A DNA stretch of 64,000 bases from Escherichia coli (GTDB taxonomy: Bacteria; Pseudomonadota; Gammaproteobacteria; Enterobacterales; Enterobacteriaceae). The position numbers and the translations under genes were made by a program. The stretch lies in assembly GCF_050920415.1 (NCBI RefSeq), contig NZ_CP169309.1. The stretch is one strand, 5' to 3'. Below the pieces are notes generated by a model that was not told the origin of the DNA, made no database searches, and was given only the letters and a program-made list of their open reading frames with translations. Below, in pieces: positions 49,475-58,277 of this stretch (position 1 is the stretch's first letter; the number at the start of each line of letters is the position of its first letter).

Positions 49475-49684
49475 TCAATTATTTTCTTCATAAATGTTTT
49501 GTAATGTATTTATGAGATTTGGTATTTCTTTTATGGGAAAAGAATATATTGGACTTTCGATAATTTTATCAGATTCAAATGGTGGTTGTTTGCAGGACAG
49601 TTGAACTATAACTGAATTATGATCTTTAACTGGCACACAGTACCAACCACATACATCAAAAACAGGAGTATTTTGATTATCCAT
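49475..49684 (-). CDS. hypothetical 69-aa protein, AT-rich moron antisense to the PL transcript
   Basis: ATG 49684 with RBS gagga: MDNQNTPVFDVCGWYCVPVKDHNSVIVQLSCKQPPFESDKIIESPIYSFPIKEIPNLINTLQNIYEENN. It has its own terminator. No family recognised. Confidence 0.55.
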   Translation of the reverse strand: MDNQNTPVFDVCGWYCVPVKDHNSVIVQLSCKQPPFESDKIIESPIYSFPIKEIPNLINTLQNIYEENN

Positions 49685-49980
49685 TATGTCCTCGACAACT
49701 AAAAACACTGCGTACAAACCTCAAAAGCAGGGAGTTATTTATAAAATTTCATAAAGAATAATTACTGATAGCGACAATTCATTGTTCTTGAATTTTGAAA
49801 AATAGCAAGACAAAACAATGTAAACTTATTTAAGAAAAGTTCTTATTATGTAAACAAAACAACCAATTCGTTATATAGGAAAAACAAATAGTACGCAAGA
49901 AAATATTCAACAGGGGTATTACATTCAACCATAAGAGTAATCGTCTCTTTGGTAACTAATACCGAACATTTTATTGTAAC

Positions 49981-50528
49981 ACGTCGTATGGCACATGCGT
50001 CGTTAGCGGTCTGGGGACGTTAAAGGGGACAATCCACTCCTTGCTCGGGCAAACAAACCAGGTAGCCGGAATGTGCAAGTCAATGATGATGCTGATAAGA
50101 CGCCTAACCAGCGTGGCGATCCGGTTTGACGCCTGGGAAGAGACCAGGGTGCAACGATGAGGGCATTTATGGAGCCGCGACAAAGTGTGGTGCCATAACT
50201 GGCTAAGTGCTCTCAGCGTTGTGGTAATCCGCGAAATGGCGCGGCGGTAAGTATGGCGGGGTTACTCTTTCCCCGTTGAGGACACCGGATTGTCAGGTTG
50301 ACCATACGCCTGAGTGACAACCCCACCACAACAGCCACTGCTTTGGCGGTACCAGCTTGTACCCTTGCTTCCGGCTGGTACCGTCCTTTTTACAAAACAG
50401 AGAAGAGCATCACCGGACGACGGGCTCATAACCCAATCCATCCGGGCGGCTGCCACCGCAGGTGTTCTTCTCTGTTTTGTGGAGAAACCAACCGGCCTTG
50501 CAGGGTCGATATGATGAGGAGCAGCAAA
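49981..50528 (+). ncRNA. candidate structured leader / cis-acting RNA of the early-left operon
   Basis: No credible ORF on either strand. Long helices are visible by eye: 50392-50409 with 50463-50480, 50345-50356 with 50374-50385, and several 5-bp GC hairpins. It lies between PL and the first RBS-bearing gene. Confidence 0.3.
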
Positions 50529-50891
50529 ATGGCTAGCGAACGCAGTACTGATGTGCAGGCATTTATCGGGGAGCTGGACGGCGGCGTATTTGAAACCAAA
50601 ATCGGCGCAGTTCTCAGTGAAGTCGCTTCCGGTGTGATGAACACGAAAACCAAAGGTAAGGTCTCACTCAACCTGGAAATCGAACCATTTGATGAGAACC
50701 GTGTGAAAATCAAACACAAACTCTCATATGTTCGCCCGACTAACCGCGGGAAAATTTCCGAAGAAGACACCACCGAAACGCCGATGTATGTCAATCGCGG
50801 TGGTCGCCTGACTATTCTGCAGGAAGACCAGGGACAATTACTGACTCTTGCCGGTGAACCTGACGGAAAACTCCGCGCAGCAGGTCATTAA
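50529..50891 (+). CDS. YfdP-like protein
   Basis: 120 aa from ATG 50529 (RBS gaggag): MASERSTDVQAFIGELDGGVFETKIGAVLSEVASGVMNTKTKGKVSLNLEIEPFDENRVKIKHKL... The ORF-track TTG start at 50298 is discounted. Confidence 0.7.
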   Translation: MASERSTDVQAFIGELDGGVFETKIGAVLSEVASGVMNTKTKGKVSLNLEIEPFDENRVKIKHKLSYVRPTNRGKISEEDTTETPMYVNRGGRLTILQEDQGQLLTLAGEPDGKLRAAGH

Positions 50892-50956
50892 TATCGTTCT
50901 TAATTAACTGATTATTTATCTCATCACTGAATATCTTTATATAGTGAGGACTTATT

Positions 50957-51781
50957 ATGTCTCAGAACTTAGACGCAACCGCAATTAATCAAATCCATGC
51001 CCTTATTTCTGCTCAGGGTGTTAATGAAATTATCAGTAAGATTGGTGCCGATGCTGTGGCATTGCCTGAGAATTTCCGCATTCATGATCTGGAAAAATTT
51101 AATTTAAATCGCTTCCGTTTCCGTGGTGCGCTTTCCACTGCCAGCATCGATGACTTTACCCGTTATTCTAAAGATCTTGCAGATGAAGGCACCCGCTGCT
51201 TTATCGATGCTGATAATATGCGTGCCGTCAGTGTGCTTAACCTGGGTACTATTGATGAACCAGGTCACGCAGATAACACCGCCACTCTCAAACTGAAAAA
51301 GACAGCACCGTTCTCTGCCCTGTTGTATGTTAACGGCGAGCGTAACTCCCAGAAGTCACTGGCAGAATGGATTGAAGACTGGGCCGACTATCTTGTGGGC
51401 TTTGATGCTAATGGTGACACCATTCAGGCAACAAAAGCGGCTGCGGCGGTCCGTAAAATCACGATTGAAGCAAACCAGACCGCTGATTTTGAAGATAATG
51501 ACTTCAGCGGCAAACGCTCCCTGATGGAGTCTGTCGAAGCGAAGACCAAAGACATTATGCCAGTGGCATTTGAATTTAAATGCGTTCCGTTTGAAGGTCT
51601 GAAAGAACGTCCGTTTAAATTACGCCTCAGCATTATCACTGGCGATCGTCCTGTACTGGTTCTGCGCATTATTCAGCTGGAAGCGGTGCAGGAAGATATG
51701 GCTAACGAATTTCGTGATCTGCTTGTTGAGAAATTCAAGGACAGCAAAGTAGAAACCTTTATTGGTACTTTCACCGCCTGA
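50957..51781 (+). CDS. YfdQ-like protein (DUF2303)
   Basis: 274 aa, with the same order and size as CPS-53 yfdQ (from memory). Confidence 0.65.
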   Translation: MSQNLDATAINQIHALISAQGVNEIISKIGADAVALPENFRIHDLEKFNLNRFRFRGALSTASIDDFTRYSKDLADEGTRCFIDADNMRAVSVLNLGTIDEPGHADNTATLKLKKTAPFSALLYVNGERNSQKSLAEWIEDWADYLVGFDANGDTIQATKAAAAVRKITIEANQTADFEDNDFSGKRSLMESVEAKTKDIMPVAFEFKCVPFEGLKERPFKLRLSIITGDRPVLVLRIIQLEAVQEDMANEFRDLLVEKFKDSKVETFIGTFTA

Positions 51782-51908
51782 TTTCATTACTGCAAATGCC
51801 CCTGCGGGGGCATTTATGGAAACGTAATTTACTCAATAATCGCCGGATGGTGAGGGATTCTTTTTACCAGAATTCAGCGCGGTGCAGCGCATATACGTGG
51901 AGAACAAA

Positions 51909-52445
51909 ATGTCATTTATCAAAACTTTTTCTGGGAAGCATTTTTATTATGACAGGATAAATAAAGACGACATCGATATTAACGATATCGCGGTTTCCCT
52001 TTCAAATATCTGTCGCTTTGCCGGTCATCTTTCGCACTTCTACAGCGTCGCCCAACATGCGGTTCTTTGCAGCCAGCTGGTGCCGCAGGAATTTGCTTTT
52101 GAAGCGTTAATGCATGATGCAACAGAAGCGTATTGCCAGGACATTCCCGCACCACTGAAACGCCTTCTTCCTGACTATAAACGGATGGAAGAAAAAATAG
52201 ACGCCGTAATCCGTGAGAAATACGGGTTACCCCCGGTTATGAGTACACCCGTGAAATATGCCGATCTCATCATGCTGGCAACCGAACGCCGCGATCTCGG
52301 GCTTGATGATGGCTCTTTCTGGCCTGTACTGGAAGGCATCCCGGCAACAGAGATGTTCAACGTGATTCCACTGGCACCGGGCCATGCCTACGGGATGTTT
52401 ATGGAACGTTTTAACGATTTATCGGAGTTACGCAAATGCGCATGA
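51909..52445 (+). CDS. HD-domain phosphohydrolase (YfdR-like 5'-nucleotidase)
   Basis: 178 aa from ATG 51909 (RBS ggagaa), with HD-domain residues ...RFAGH...VAQH...LMHDATEAY... Confidence 0.7.
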   Translation: MSFIKTFSGKHFYYDRINKDDIDINDIAVSLSNICRFAGHLSHFYSVAQHAVLCSQLVPQEFAFEALMHDATEAYCQDIPAPLKRLLPDYKRMEEKIDAVIREKYGLPPVMSTPVKYADLIMLATERRDLGLDDGSFWPVLEGIPATEMFNVIPLAPGHAYGMFMERFNDLSELRKCA

Positions 52446-52798
52446 ATGTTTTCGAAATGGAAGGGTTTCTTCGCGGGAAATGTGTACCGCGAGATCTGAA
52501 AGTGAACGAAACAAATGCTGAGTACCTGGTACGTAAATTCGACGCGCTTGAAGCTAAATGTGCGGCACTGGAAAACAAAATAATACCAGTGTCAACTGAA
52601 CTGCCACCAGCAAATGAAAGTGTTCTGTTATTTGATGCTAATGGAGAAGGCTGGCTGATTGGCTGGCGTTCTCTCTGGTACACCTAGGGACAAAAAGAAA
52701 CCGGAGAATGGCAGTGGACATTTCAGGTCGGGGACCTTGAAAACGTCAATATCACTCACTGGGCAGTAGTGCCAAAAGCACCGGAGGCTGGAGCATAA
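52436..52798 (+). pseudogene. YfdS-like DUF551 protein interrupted by an in-frame TAG at 52685-52687
   Basis: The frame continues past the amber codon as GQKETGEWQWTFQVGDLENVNITHWAVVPKAPEAGA* and ends in a TAATG overlap with the next gene. The total is 120 codons, the size of K-12 YfdS. Confidence 0.65.
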
Positions 52799-53577
52799 TG
52801 ACCACATTTACCAATAAAGAACTGATTAAAGAAATCAAAGAACGAATCAGCAGCCTAGAGGTTCGAGACGATATTGAGCGCCGTGCTTATGAAATTGCTC
52901 TGGCATCGCTAGAAGAGGAGCCGGTGGCGTGGCTGCATTCAGAAAATGGCTTAGGTATTCCGGCAATAACGAGGAGTAAAAACATTGCTGACAGTTGGTT
53001 ATCAAAGGGCTGGTATGTTCAGCCGCTATATATAGCCAAGCCAGTGCCGGTAGTGCCAGATGCTCGTCCGTCTTTAAATAATGGCATAGTCGGTTTTGAT
53101 GAAGGCTGGAACGCCTGCCGCGCCGCCATGCTTCATGGTGCCGAACCTGTAAACCAAACTTACAAGTCACCACACACGCAGTTTGAACAAGTTGCTGACC
53201 TCTACGAAATGCAATTTGATGACGGTCGCACTTGTGCCTTTCACACTGATGCGCAAAAGGCTGCGCAATGGCTTCAGGTGTGCGACGGAAACAGGGTTCA
53301 GGAATACGTTAAGCTGGAACGGCTGCAGAACGCGCTGTCTGGCAACTCTCCGGTAAGTCCAGGTGGTTGGATAAGCTGTAGTGAGCGAATGCCGAATGAT
53401 AAACAGTATGTTTGGTGTTGGGGGAAGTCTTACGGCTGGACTGAGTGCGATACCTTCGAAGGGTATTACGATTGGTCGAGAAACAAATGGTGGGCAGTTA
53501 CTGACAATGAGGAAGAACAGGCATCGAAAGTAACCCACTGGATGCCACTACCGGAGCCGCCGCAGGAGGTGAAGTAA
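52798..53577 (+). CDS. DUF551-domain protein
   Basis: 259 aa with the C-terminal ...KVTHWMPLPEPPQ signature. Confidence 0.6.
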   Translation: MTTFTNKELIKEIKERISSLEVRDDIERRAYEIALASLEEEPVAWLHSENGLGIPAITRSKNIADSWLSKGWYVQPLYIAKPVPVVPDARPSLNNGIVGFDEGWNACRAAMLHGAEPVNQTYKSPHTQFEQVADLYEMQFDDGRTCAFHTDAQKAAQWLQVCDGNRVQEYVKLERLQNALSGNSPVSPGGWISCSERMPNDKQYVWCWGKSYGWTECDTFEGYYDWSRNKWWAVTDNEEEQASKVTHWMPLPEPPQEVK

Positions 53578-53771
53578 TGAACAACTTAATGACAACTAAA
53601 CAAGTCGCCGATTTCTGTGGTGTTTCAGTATCGACAGTTCTTCGCTGGAACAGCGTAAACAGGAGAACTGGTCAGAAATACAGGCCTGACTTTCCAGATC
53701 CTGATATTAAATCCTGCCCAAATAAATGGGCATCACACAAGATTTACAGATTTGCGGGAGTGATTGAGTAA
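53577..53771 (+). CDS. xis: AlpA/excisionase-family HTH protein (putative Xis)
   Basis: 64 aa: MTTKQVADFCGVSVSTVLRWNS... It is the last gene of the early-left operon, near int. Confidence 0.6.
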   Translation: MNNLMTTKQVADFCGVSVSTVLRWNSVNRRTGQKYRPDFPDPDIKSCPNKWASHKIYRFAGVIE

Positions 53772-54053
53772 TATGTATTAGCTTAGATGTGAGCTGACAC
53801 ATCTATGCTTAGATGCCAAACCTAATCTGAGCGTCCACTCTTTACCAAGAGCGGACGTTACCAATGACCATATGACATGAATCGATAAGATCAAAACATT
53901 ATCGCCAAGAAATGTCATACCATTGATACAAATAAAATTGATTACCCCCTTACTCTTGTTGAAAAGTTAGTCGTAGAGTACCTATCGCAATGTAATCAGC
54001 TTTAATCATCTGAAAATTACTCCTTAAAAATTAGCTTTTATATACTGAACAAA

Positions 54054-54773
54054 TTAAATCTCTGTTTCTTTTCCTGCTCGGCTCAACCAATACTCCATTG
54101 TTTGAGTATGAATCTTTTCAGCGTATATTTTATCAATTAATTTATCTTGTTTTTCTTTAATGACTTCACGCAGTGAATCATATAACATAAAAAAACGTTC
54201 ATCATCTTCCTCATTATTACCGTAATTTATTTGATTGAGCTCTGAAAAAATATGATAGTACCTTTTTTTCTTGGTCCCCGGCAATATTAAAACCAAGCCA
54301 CATTGATCATATTCGAATTCACCTTTATGGGCAGCAAAGTTATGTCTAACATTCATAATAGAATCATGTAAATCTCTATATTTTTCTGGCACATGCTTTC
54401 TCTGCAATGTGAATCGACGCCCTTTCGCCTCTGTAAAACACTTACCGTAAGTAACAACTTTTGATATAAACAAAGACTTTAATATTAGATTCTTTTCTAA
54501 ATCCGGATAAATAAAGTGTTGTTCTTTATTAATGTTATTACAAATATTTTTTATTATATTCTCCCAACCAATAACATTCCGAAGATCTTTATCAAGCAAC
54601 TGTAAGGCCACATATTGTTCTACAAAGCGGCCTTTTAAAGGTATTCGTGGTAATATTACACCTTTCTGCTTATAAATTCTTTCTATCGTATTATCTGGAT
54701 ATTGGATCTTCCTTATTTCTATTCCGTCTTCTTCTGATACCCTTACTAATGGTTCATTTTTTAACTTTGACAT
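54054..54773 (-). CDS. hypothetical protein with an Rx5H (HEPN-like) motif; candidate abortive-infection/defence gene
   Basis: 239 aa, strongly AT-rich, with RBS aagaggg. NVRHNFAAHKG (R143...H149) sits in a predicted helical context. The gene lies downstream of int in cargo position. Confidence 0.7.
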   Translation of the reverse strand: MSKLKNEPLVRVSEEDGIEIRKIQYPDNTIERIYKQKGVILPRIPLKGRFVEQYVALQLLDKDLRNVIGWENIIKNICNNINKEQHFIYPDLEKNLILKSLFISKVVTYGKCFTEAKGRRFTLQRKHVPEKYRDLHDSIMNVRHNFAAHKGEFEYDQCGLVLILPGTKKKRYYHIFSELNQINYGNNEEDDERFFMLYDSLREVIKEKQDKLIDKIYAEKIHTQTMEYWLSRAGKETEI

Positions 54774-55012
54774 GTTAACCCTCTTAAATAAAAAACTAAC
54801 TTTATCCAGATAGTGTCCGTTAAGAAGTTTTCGTTACAACTAAGTTTCTAGGTAAATCATGAATCGACCTATAGTATCAAAAACATTTGGTGGTAAACAT
54901 CTGCATTTATCAAATGGCAGGAGCGATTTAGGGGCATAGGGATAGTGATGATATCGATACCCGCCCCCTCTTATGTCAACACAATGGCGTAAACTTAACG
55001 CTCACATCTCGC

Positions 55013-56269
55013 TCAAAGTGTGCTAGGAGATTTGGTTATGTTCAGGTGATACAAACCGTCAGTTTGACAATTAACAATCGATTCAACCCTCTTCCACCAT
55101 GCCAGGTAAGCTTTACGCTGTTCTTCTAGATAATCACTCTTATCATAAACTTGCCATACCCCTGGCAGCTTATGACCAAGCATAATTTCTGCGATATGAG
55201 GCGCAGTAAGATCAGAAAAATTTGTTCGAGCTGTACGTCTCAAGTCATGAAGAGACCAATGAGGGAATTGATATCCTAAACACCGCCATGCGTACTGCAT
55301 TAAATTGTAAGGCAGCGACTGCAATGATGTCCGACCAACGGGTTCCCTGCTTCCTTCCTTAGTAAAAAGCATATCGGAACCATTGTTCATAGAGATAGCG
55401 TACTTTATAAGCTCTTCAACCGGTTCAATAATGGGCCGCTTTAGCGGTTCGCCTGTTATCTCCCCAGTCTTATGTCGTTCTGGTGGTACAGTCCATACTT
55501 TATTAATGAAATCAAAATCGTCCACCCGGGCGGTAATTAGCTCTGAACTACGGCAACCAAAATGCAGCAATAGTTTAATGAAGGCCCGGTATTTAGGAAC
55601 CATTCGAGAACCATCGATCGCAGCATAAAGGATTTTAATTTCATCATGTGTCAGAAACCGTTTCTTCTGACCTTTACGGATATCCATATCTTTACCCGTG
55701 ATATCCGACAGCGGGCGAGTTTCAATGAGCTTTCTCTTATACGCCCAGACATGGGCCTGCTTTGCGTTAATTAGCAATCGGTCTGCTATTGCTGGAGTCT
55801 TAGTGCTAAGAGGCTCCAGGACTTCTAACCAATCATGCAATGTAGCTGCATCGTGAGGGATATTCCCGATTTTAGAGAACAGGTGCAGCTCAAACGAGCG
55901 AAGTATCTGTTCAGAACCTTTTTTATTTTTTACACAATATGCTTCATACCAAGCACGGATCACAGACTCTACCGTCATGGCTTCAGTAGCTTTTCGTTTT
56001 TCAGCCTGCTTGACCAATCGTGGATTACGGTTTGACTCGAGTTCACCACGAAGACGGATAACTTCTTCTCTGGCCTCTTTTAATCCAGTTGCCGGGTAAG
56101 TTCCGATATCAAGACGCTCACCTTTCCCTGCCCATTGATAACGATATTGGAACACTACGCGACCTTTCGGTGATACTCTGACAGACAGACCATCACGATC
56201 GGATTTAACCAAAACCTTATCACGTTCCTTTCCAACGACTGAACGCAACCACGCATCAGACAGCGCCAT
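55013..56269 (-). CDS. int: tyrosine integrase (P4-type, N-terminal DUF4102-like arm-binding domain)
   Basis: 418 aa with catalytic-domain motifs ...HFGCRSSEL..., HDLRRTART..., LGHK...VYD (R-H-R-Y pattern). Confidence 0.9.
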   Translation of the reverse strand: MALSDAWLRSVVGKERDKVLVKSDRDGLSVRVSPKGRVVFQYRYQWAGKGERLDIGTYPATGLKEAREEVIRLRGELESNRNPRLVKQAEKRKATEAMTVESVIRAWYEAYCVKNKKGSEQILRSFELHLFSKIGNIPHDAATLHDWLEVLEPLSTKTPAIADRLLINAKQAHVWAYKRKLIETRPLSDITGKDMDIRKGQKKRFLTHDEIKILYAAIDGSRMVPKYRAFIKLLLHFGCRSSELITARVDDFDFINKVWTVPPERHKTGEITGEPLKRPIIEPVEELIKYAISMNNGSDMLFTKEGSREPVGRTSLQSLPYNLMQYAWRCLGYQFPHWSLHDLRRTARTNFSDLTAPHIAEIMLGHKLPGVWQVYDKSDYLEEQRKAYLAWWKRVESIVNCQTDGLYHLNITKSPSTL

Positions 56270-56278
56270 TACTCACCT

Positions 56279-56335
56279 TGTACAAATCGCAAAACACCTC
56301 TGCTGTTTTGTACATTATGTACAAGCATATGTACA
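56279..56335. repeat. cluster of TGTACA motifs (probable integrase arm-type sites, P arm)
   Basis: TGTACA occurs at 56279, 56309, 56318 and 56330. The 22-mer at 56314-56335 matches 8993-9014 at 21 of 22 positions. Confidence 0.5.
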
Positions 56336-56489
56336 GATTTTTGATGAAAGCAAGCTGATCGATTTAAAGTTACATGAAAGAGTTTTCAATTAAAGAAGCT
56401 ACATAACCAAATGTATTTAAATGAGTTACATAACTCAACCTAAATTAACTGAAAGGATTTTGAAAGAGTAAAAGAGCTTTAATTTGGGC

Positions 56490-56564
56490 TTAATTATTGG
56501 GGTGAGAAATAATGGCAAAAGTGCGGCGCTTCGCCACCTCTTGCAAATAAGGAGACAACGTCAT
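56490..56564 (-). pseudogene. prfC: displaced native 5' end of prfC
   Basis: From ATG 56564: [22 protein letters not shown], which is the K-12 RF3 N-terminus as I remember it. It then reads NN* across the att junction. Confidence 0.8.
56500..56513. repeat. attR core
   Basis: gggtgagaaataat, identical to 8915-8928. Confidence 0.8.
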
Positions 56565-56654
56565 AATTCTTTCTTCTTGAGTAAGCGGCATCGCGCCGCG
56601 CTTGTTGAAAACGAAAAATTGCGGCTATTTTACCCATCAACGGGGGGGAGGCAA

Positions 56655-57332
56655 TCAGTGTTTACACAGGAGCTGCTCCAGTTCGTGCAACGAAGAAACG
56701 GTCCAGGTAGGCGCGATGCCTTCTGGTTGCTCGCGATTGTGAGCATTCAGCCAGCAGGTCGCAAGCCCGGCGTTGATGCCACCGAGAATATCGGACTCGG
56801 CAGTGTCGCCAACCATCAGCACGCGTGAACGGTCAGGATTGCCCGCCTGTTCCAGCGCATAATCGAAAATTTTCTTATTCGGTTTGGCTACGCCAACTTC
56901 TTCGGAAATCACCAACAAATCGAAATAATCACGCAGGCCCGTGCGTTCCAGACGCACTTGCTGCAAGGCGCTAAAGCCGTTGGTGATGATGCCGATTTTG
57001 GCGTTGCCGCGAATGGCATTAAGCAGGGAAACCGCGCCCGGCAGCGGTGTGCAAATTTCCGCCATCGCATTAATGAAGGCCTCGTTGAGTTTACCTGGCT
57101 CGACGTTCAGCCGTTCGGCCCAGCTCTCAAAACGCCCGTGCTGAAGCTGTAATGAAGTGATCGCACCGTTTTGATAATCTACCCACAGGGGCTTGTTAAC
57201 GGCCTGATAGTCCTGAAAATCTTCAGCGGTAAAAGTGACGCTGTAATCAAGAAACATCCGCTGCAGGCCGGTGAACGAGTCAAAAGTAAACAGCGTTTCA
57301 TCGGCATCAAAGAAAATCCAGTCCCACTTCAT
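56655..57332 (-). CDS. yjjG: HAD-family pyrimidine 5'-nucleotidase
   Basis: 225 aa: [18 protein letters not shown] (DxD HAD motif I) ...[15 protein letters not shown]. Confidence 0.9.
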   Translation of the reverse strand: MKWDWIFFDADETLFTFDSFTGLQRMFLDYSVTFTAEDFQDYQAVNKPLWVDYQNGAITSLQLQHGRFESWAERLNVEPGKLNEAFINAMAEICTPLPGAVSLLNAIRGNAKIGIITNGFSALQQVRLERTGLRDYFDLLVISEEVGVAKPNKKIFDYALEQAGNPDRSRVLMVGDTAESDILGGINAGLATCWLNAHNREQPEGIAPTWTVSSLHELEQLLCKH

Positions 57333-57346
57333 TATTCCACCTTGTC

Positions 57347-57793
57347 TTACATACTGATTGGCAACGCCATGATGATGGCGTCTTCGCGACCGTCCTTGGT
57401 GGGGTAGTAATTGCGGCGAATCGTCGCCTCGTTAAAGCCTAAACTTTCGTACAGGGCAATGGCGGCAGCGTTTGAGGCACGGACTTCCAGCCATAGTGTC
57501 GCCACGCCGCGTTTTTCCAGTTCGTCGATCAGATGTTCCAGCAGCGCCCTTCCCAGCCCCTGACGCTGATAGTCGGGATCGACCGCAATATTGAACAATG
57601 TAGCTTCATCCAGCACCACTTGCGTAATCGCAAACGCCGCCATTTTGCCGTTTTGCGTTAACTGAAAGTTGAGATAACGCTCGCCCTGGTTGCTGGCAAA
57701 GGTTTTTTCACTCCACGGAAAGGCGTGGGCGCGTTGTTCAATGTGGTAAGCCGCTGGTAAATCAGTCGTTTCGAGGGAAGAAATCGTGTTCAT
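57347..57793 (-). CDS. rimI: ribosomal protein S18 alanine N-acetyltransferase
   Basis: 148 aa from ATG 57793 ([27 protein letters not shown]...), with the GNAT motif [13 protein letters not shown]. Confidence 0.9.
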   Translation of the reverse strand: MNTISSLETTDLPAAYHIEQRAHAFPWSEKTFASNQGERYLNFQLTQNGKMAAFAITQVVLDEATLFNIAVDPDYQRQGLGRALLEHLIDELEKRGVATLWLEVRASNAAAIALYESLGFNEATIRRNYYPTKDGREDAIIMALPISM

Positions 57794-58175
57794 ATGTGCA
57801 AATTTGTTGCCATAACGCGGCGCGTGCCGTTGGGTTTGCCCGTAATTCGGTGAGCGCTGGTGATGCCACCTGAGCGCCTTCCAGTGATAGCGGTTCATCA
57901 GTACCCAACCGCCAGCTGTTGCAGCGACTACCTTGCGGCAGCATCGCGATCTTTTCTGGCGTCAGTTGCAGCACCTGGTCGGGGCTGACGGTTAATGCAC
58001 GCAGAACATCGCTCACTAAAGGATCGGTCAGGGCGGGAAGATCATTTGCCACCATCACCAGACGGACGTGTGCCGGGATCGCAATGGCAATCTCCCCCTG
58101 CAACGCGCCAGGGCGACGCAGCGACCACTGGGTAATGCCCAGCTGCTGTAACTGCCAGTCTCGTCGGGATGTCAT
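57762..58175 (-). CDS. holD: DNA polymerase III psi subunit
   Basis: 137 aa (MTSRRDWQLQQLGITQWSLRRPGALQGEIAI...). It overlaps the rimI start. Confidence 0.9.
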   Translation of the reverse strand: MTSRRDWQLQQLGITQWSLRRPGALQGEIAIAIPAHVRLVMVANDLPALTDPLVSDVLRALTVSPDQVLQLTPEKIAMLPQGSRCNSWRLGTDEPLSLEGAQVASPALTELRANPTARAALWQQICTYEHDFFPRND

Positions 58176-58277
58176 AGCGAATCGCTCCTGTTGTCAGGGG
58201 CGCAAATATAGCAAATTCGTCGATACCGCGCCAACATATGGCTATAATCGCCGCCAGTATCAATTGAGGAGCATTCC

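Noticed and set aside
50298-50528. N-terminal 77-codon extension (TTG start) of the YfdP-like ORF. Also minus-strand ORFs 49971..50183 and 50262..50456.
   Set aside because: There is no RBS, and the composition is implausible (Cys/Arg/Pro-rich). A strong gaggag RBS precedes the internal ATG at 50529. The region is better explained as structured non-coding RNA.
49354-50528. Searched the PL-proximal region, and the region after cro, for an N-like antiterminator (a small basic ORF with an Arg-rich N-terminus) and boxA/boxB nut sites.
   Set aside because: No such ORF was found, and I could not identify convincing boxA (cgctctta)/boxB hairpin pairs by eye. The absence is used as context for the leader-RNA finding and is not reported as a feature.
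53783-53860. Hairpins between xis and the HEPN-like gene: tagatgtg/cacatcta, and cgtccactctt/aagagcggacg.
   Set aside because: Neither has a U-tract on either strand. They may slow convergent transcription, but they cannot be called terminators from sequence alone.
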